From positions 1 to 25,543 of IMG/VR virus record IMGVR_UViG_3300032225_000492: 25,543 nt of DNA. One strand, given 5' to 3'. Below the pieces are notes generated by a model, which did not search any database, was not told the origin of the DNA, and was given only the letters and a program-made list of their open reading frames with translations. This document shows, in pieces, positions 25,543-25,543 of the stretch. The first letter of the stretch is position 1, and every line of letters begins with the position of its first letter. A program made the position numbers and the translations under genes. This DNA comes from a virus. Lineage: Duplodnaviria; Caudoviricetes.

Positions 25543-25543
25543 A
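25349..25543. repeat. 27-bp coding tandem repeat, two exact variants, at least 7 units
   Basis: A=GTCTGACTGTTTGTGACAAACGATGAT, B=GTTTGTGACGTGGTAACAAACGATGAT. Order on the + strand is A-B-A-B-B-B-A-(A partial), running off the window. Confidence 0.95.

Noticed and set aside
25349-25543. Repeat array as a CRISPR array
   Set aside because: Units are contiguous 27-mers with no unique spacers, they preserve a reading frame, and no cas genes are present.
1-25543. Alternative genetic code (stop-codon reassignment)
   Set aside because: Long genes are intact and densely packed under the standard code, and TAG and TGA act as real stops at gene ends.
1-25543. tRNA, rRNA, integrase or transposase
   Set aside because: None recognised. 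Intergenic gaps are short and explained by promoters and terminators.

Overview
Fragment of a large, AT-rich contractile-tailed (myovirus-type) phage genome. All credible genes are on the minus strand and read in the standard genetic code. The host is probably a Bacteroidota species, because there are no Shine-Dalgarno motifs, the leaders are A-rich and several promoters resemble TTTG-N19/20-TAnnTTTG. In transcription order (right to left) the window holds: a fibre-like gene with a 27-nt tandem repeat, three tandem glycine-rich paralogs, tail sheath, tail tube, four small membrane-protein genes, a tail-assembly chaperone pair with a probable frameshift, tape measure, baseplate genes (including a hub-like protein with a Cys/His amidase), and a replication block. 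That block contains a short divergent family-A polymerase with a small adjacent gene, a GIY-YIG endonuclease, SSB, a RecA/UvsX-like recombinase, a 5'-3' exonuclease and the start of a DnaB-like helicase. The strongest leads are (1) a minimal PolA-fold enzyme that lacks the steric-gate Glu and has an RNA-polymerase-like motif C, (2) an ATATTTAT motif placed 18-42 nt upstream of nine genes, and (3) a +1/-2 frameshift on a U7 run upstream of the tape measure gene. All family calls come from motif recognition by eye; no searches were run.
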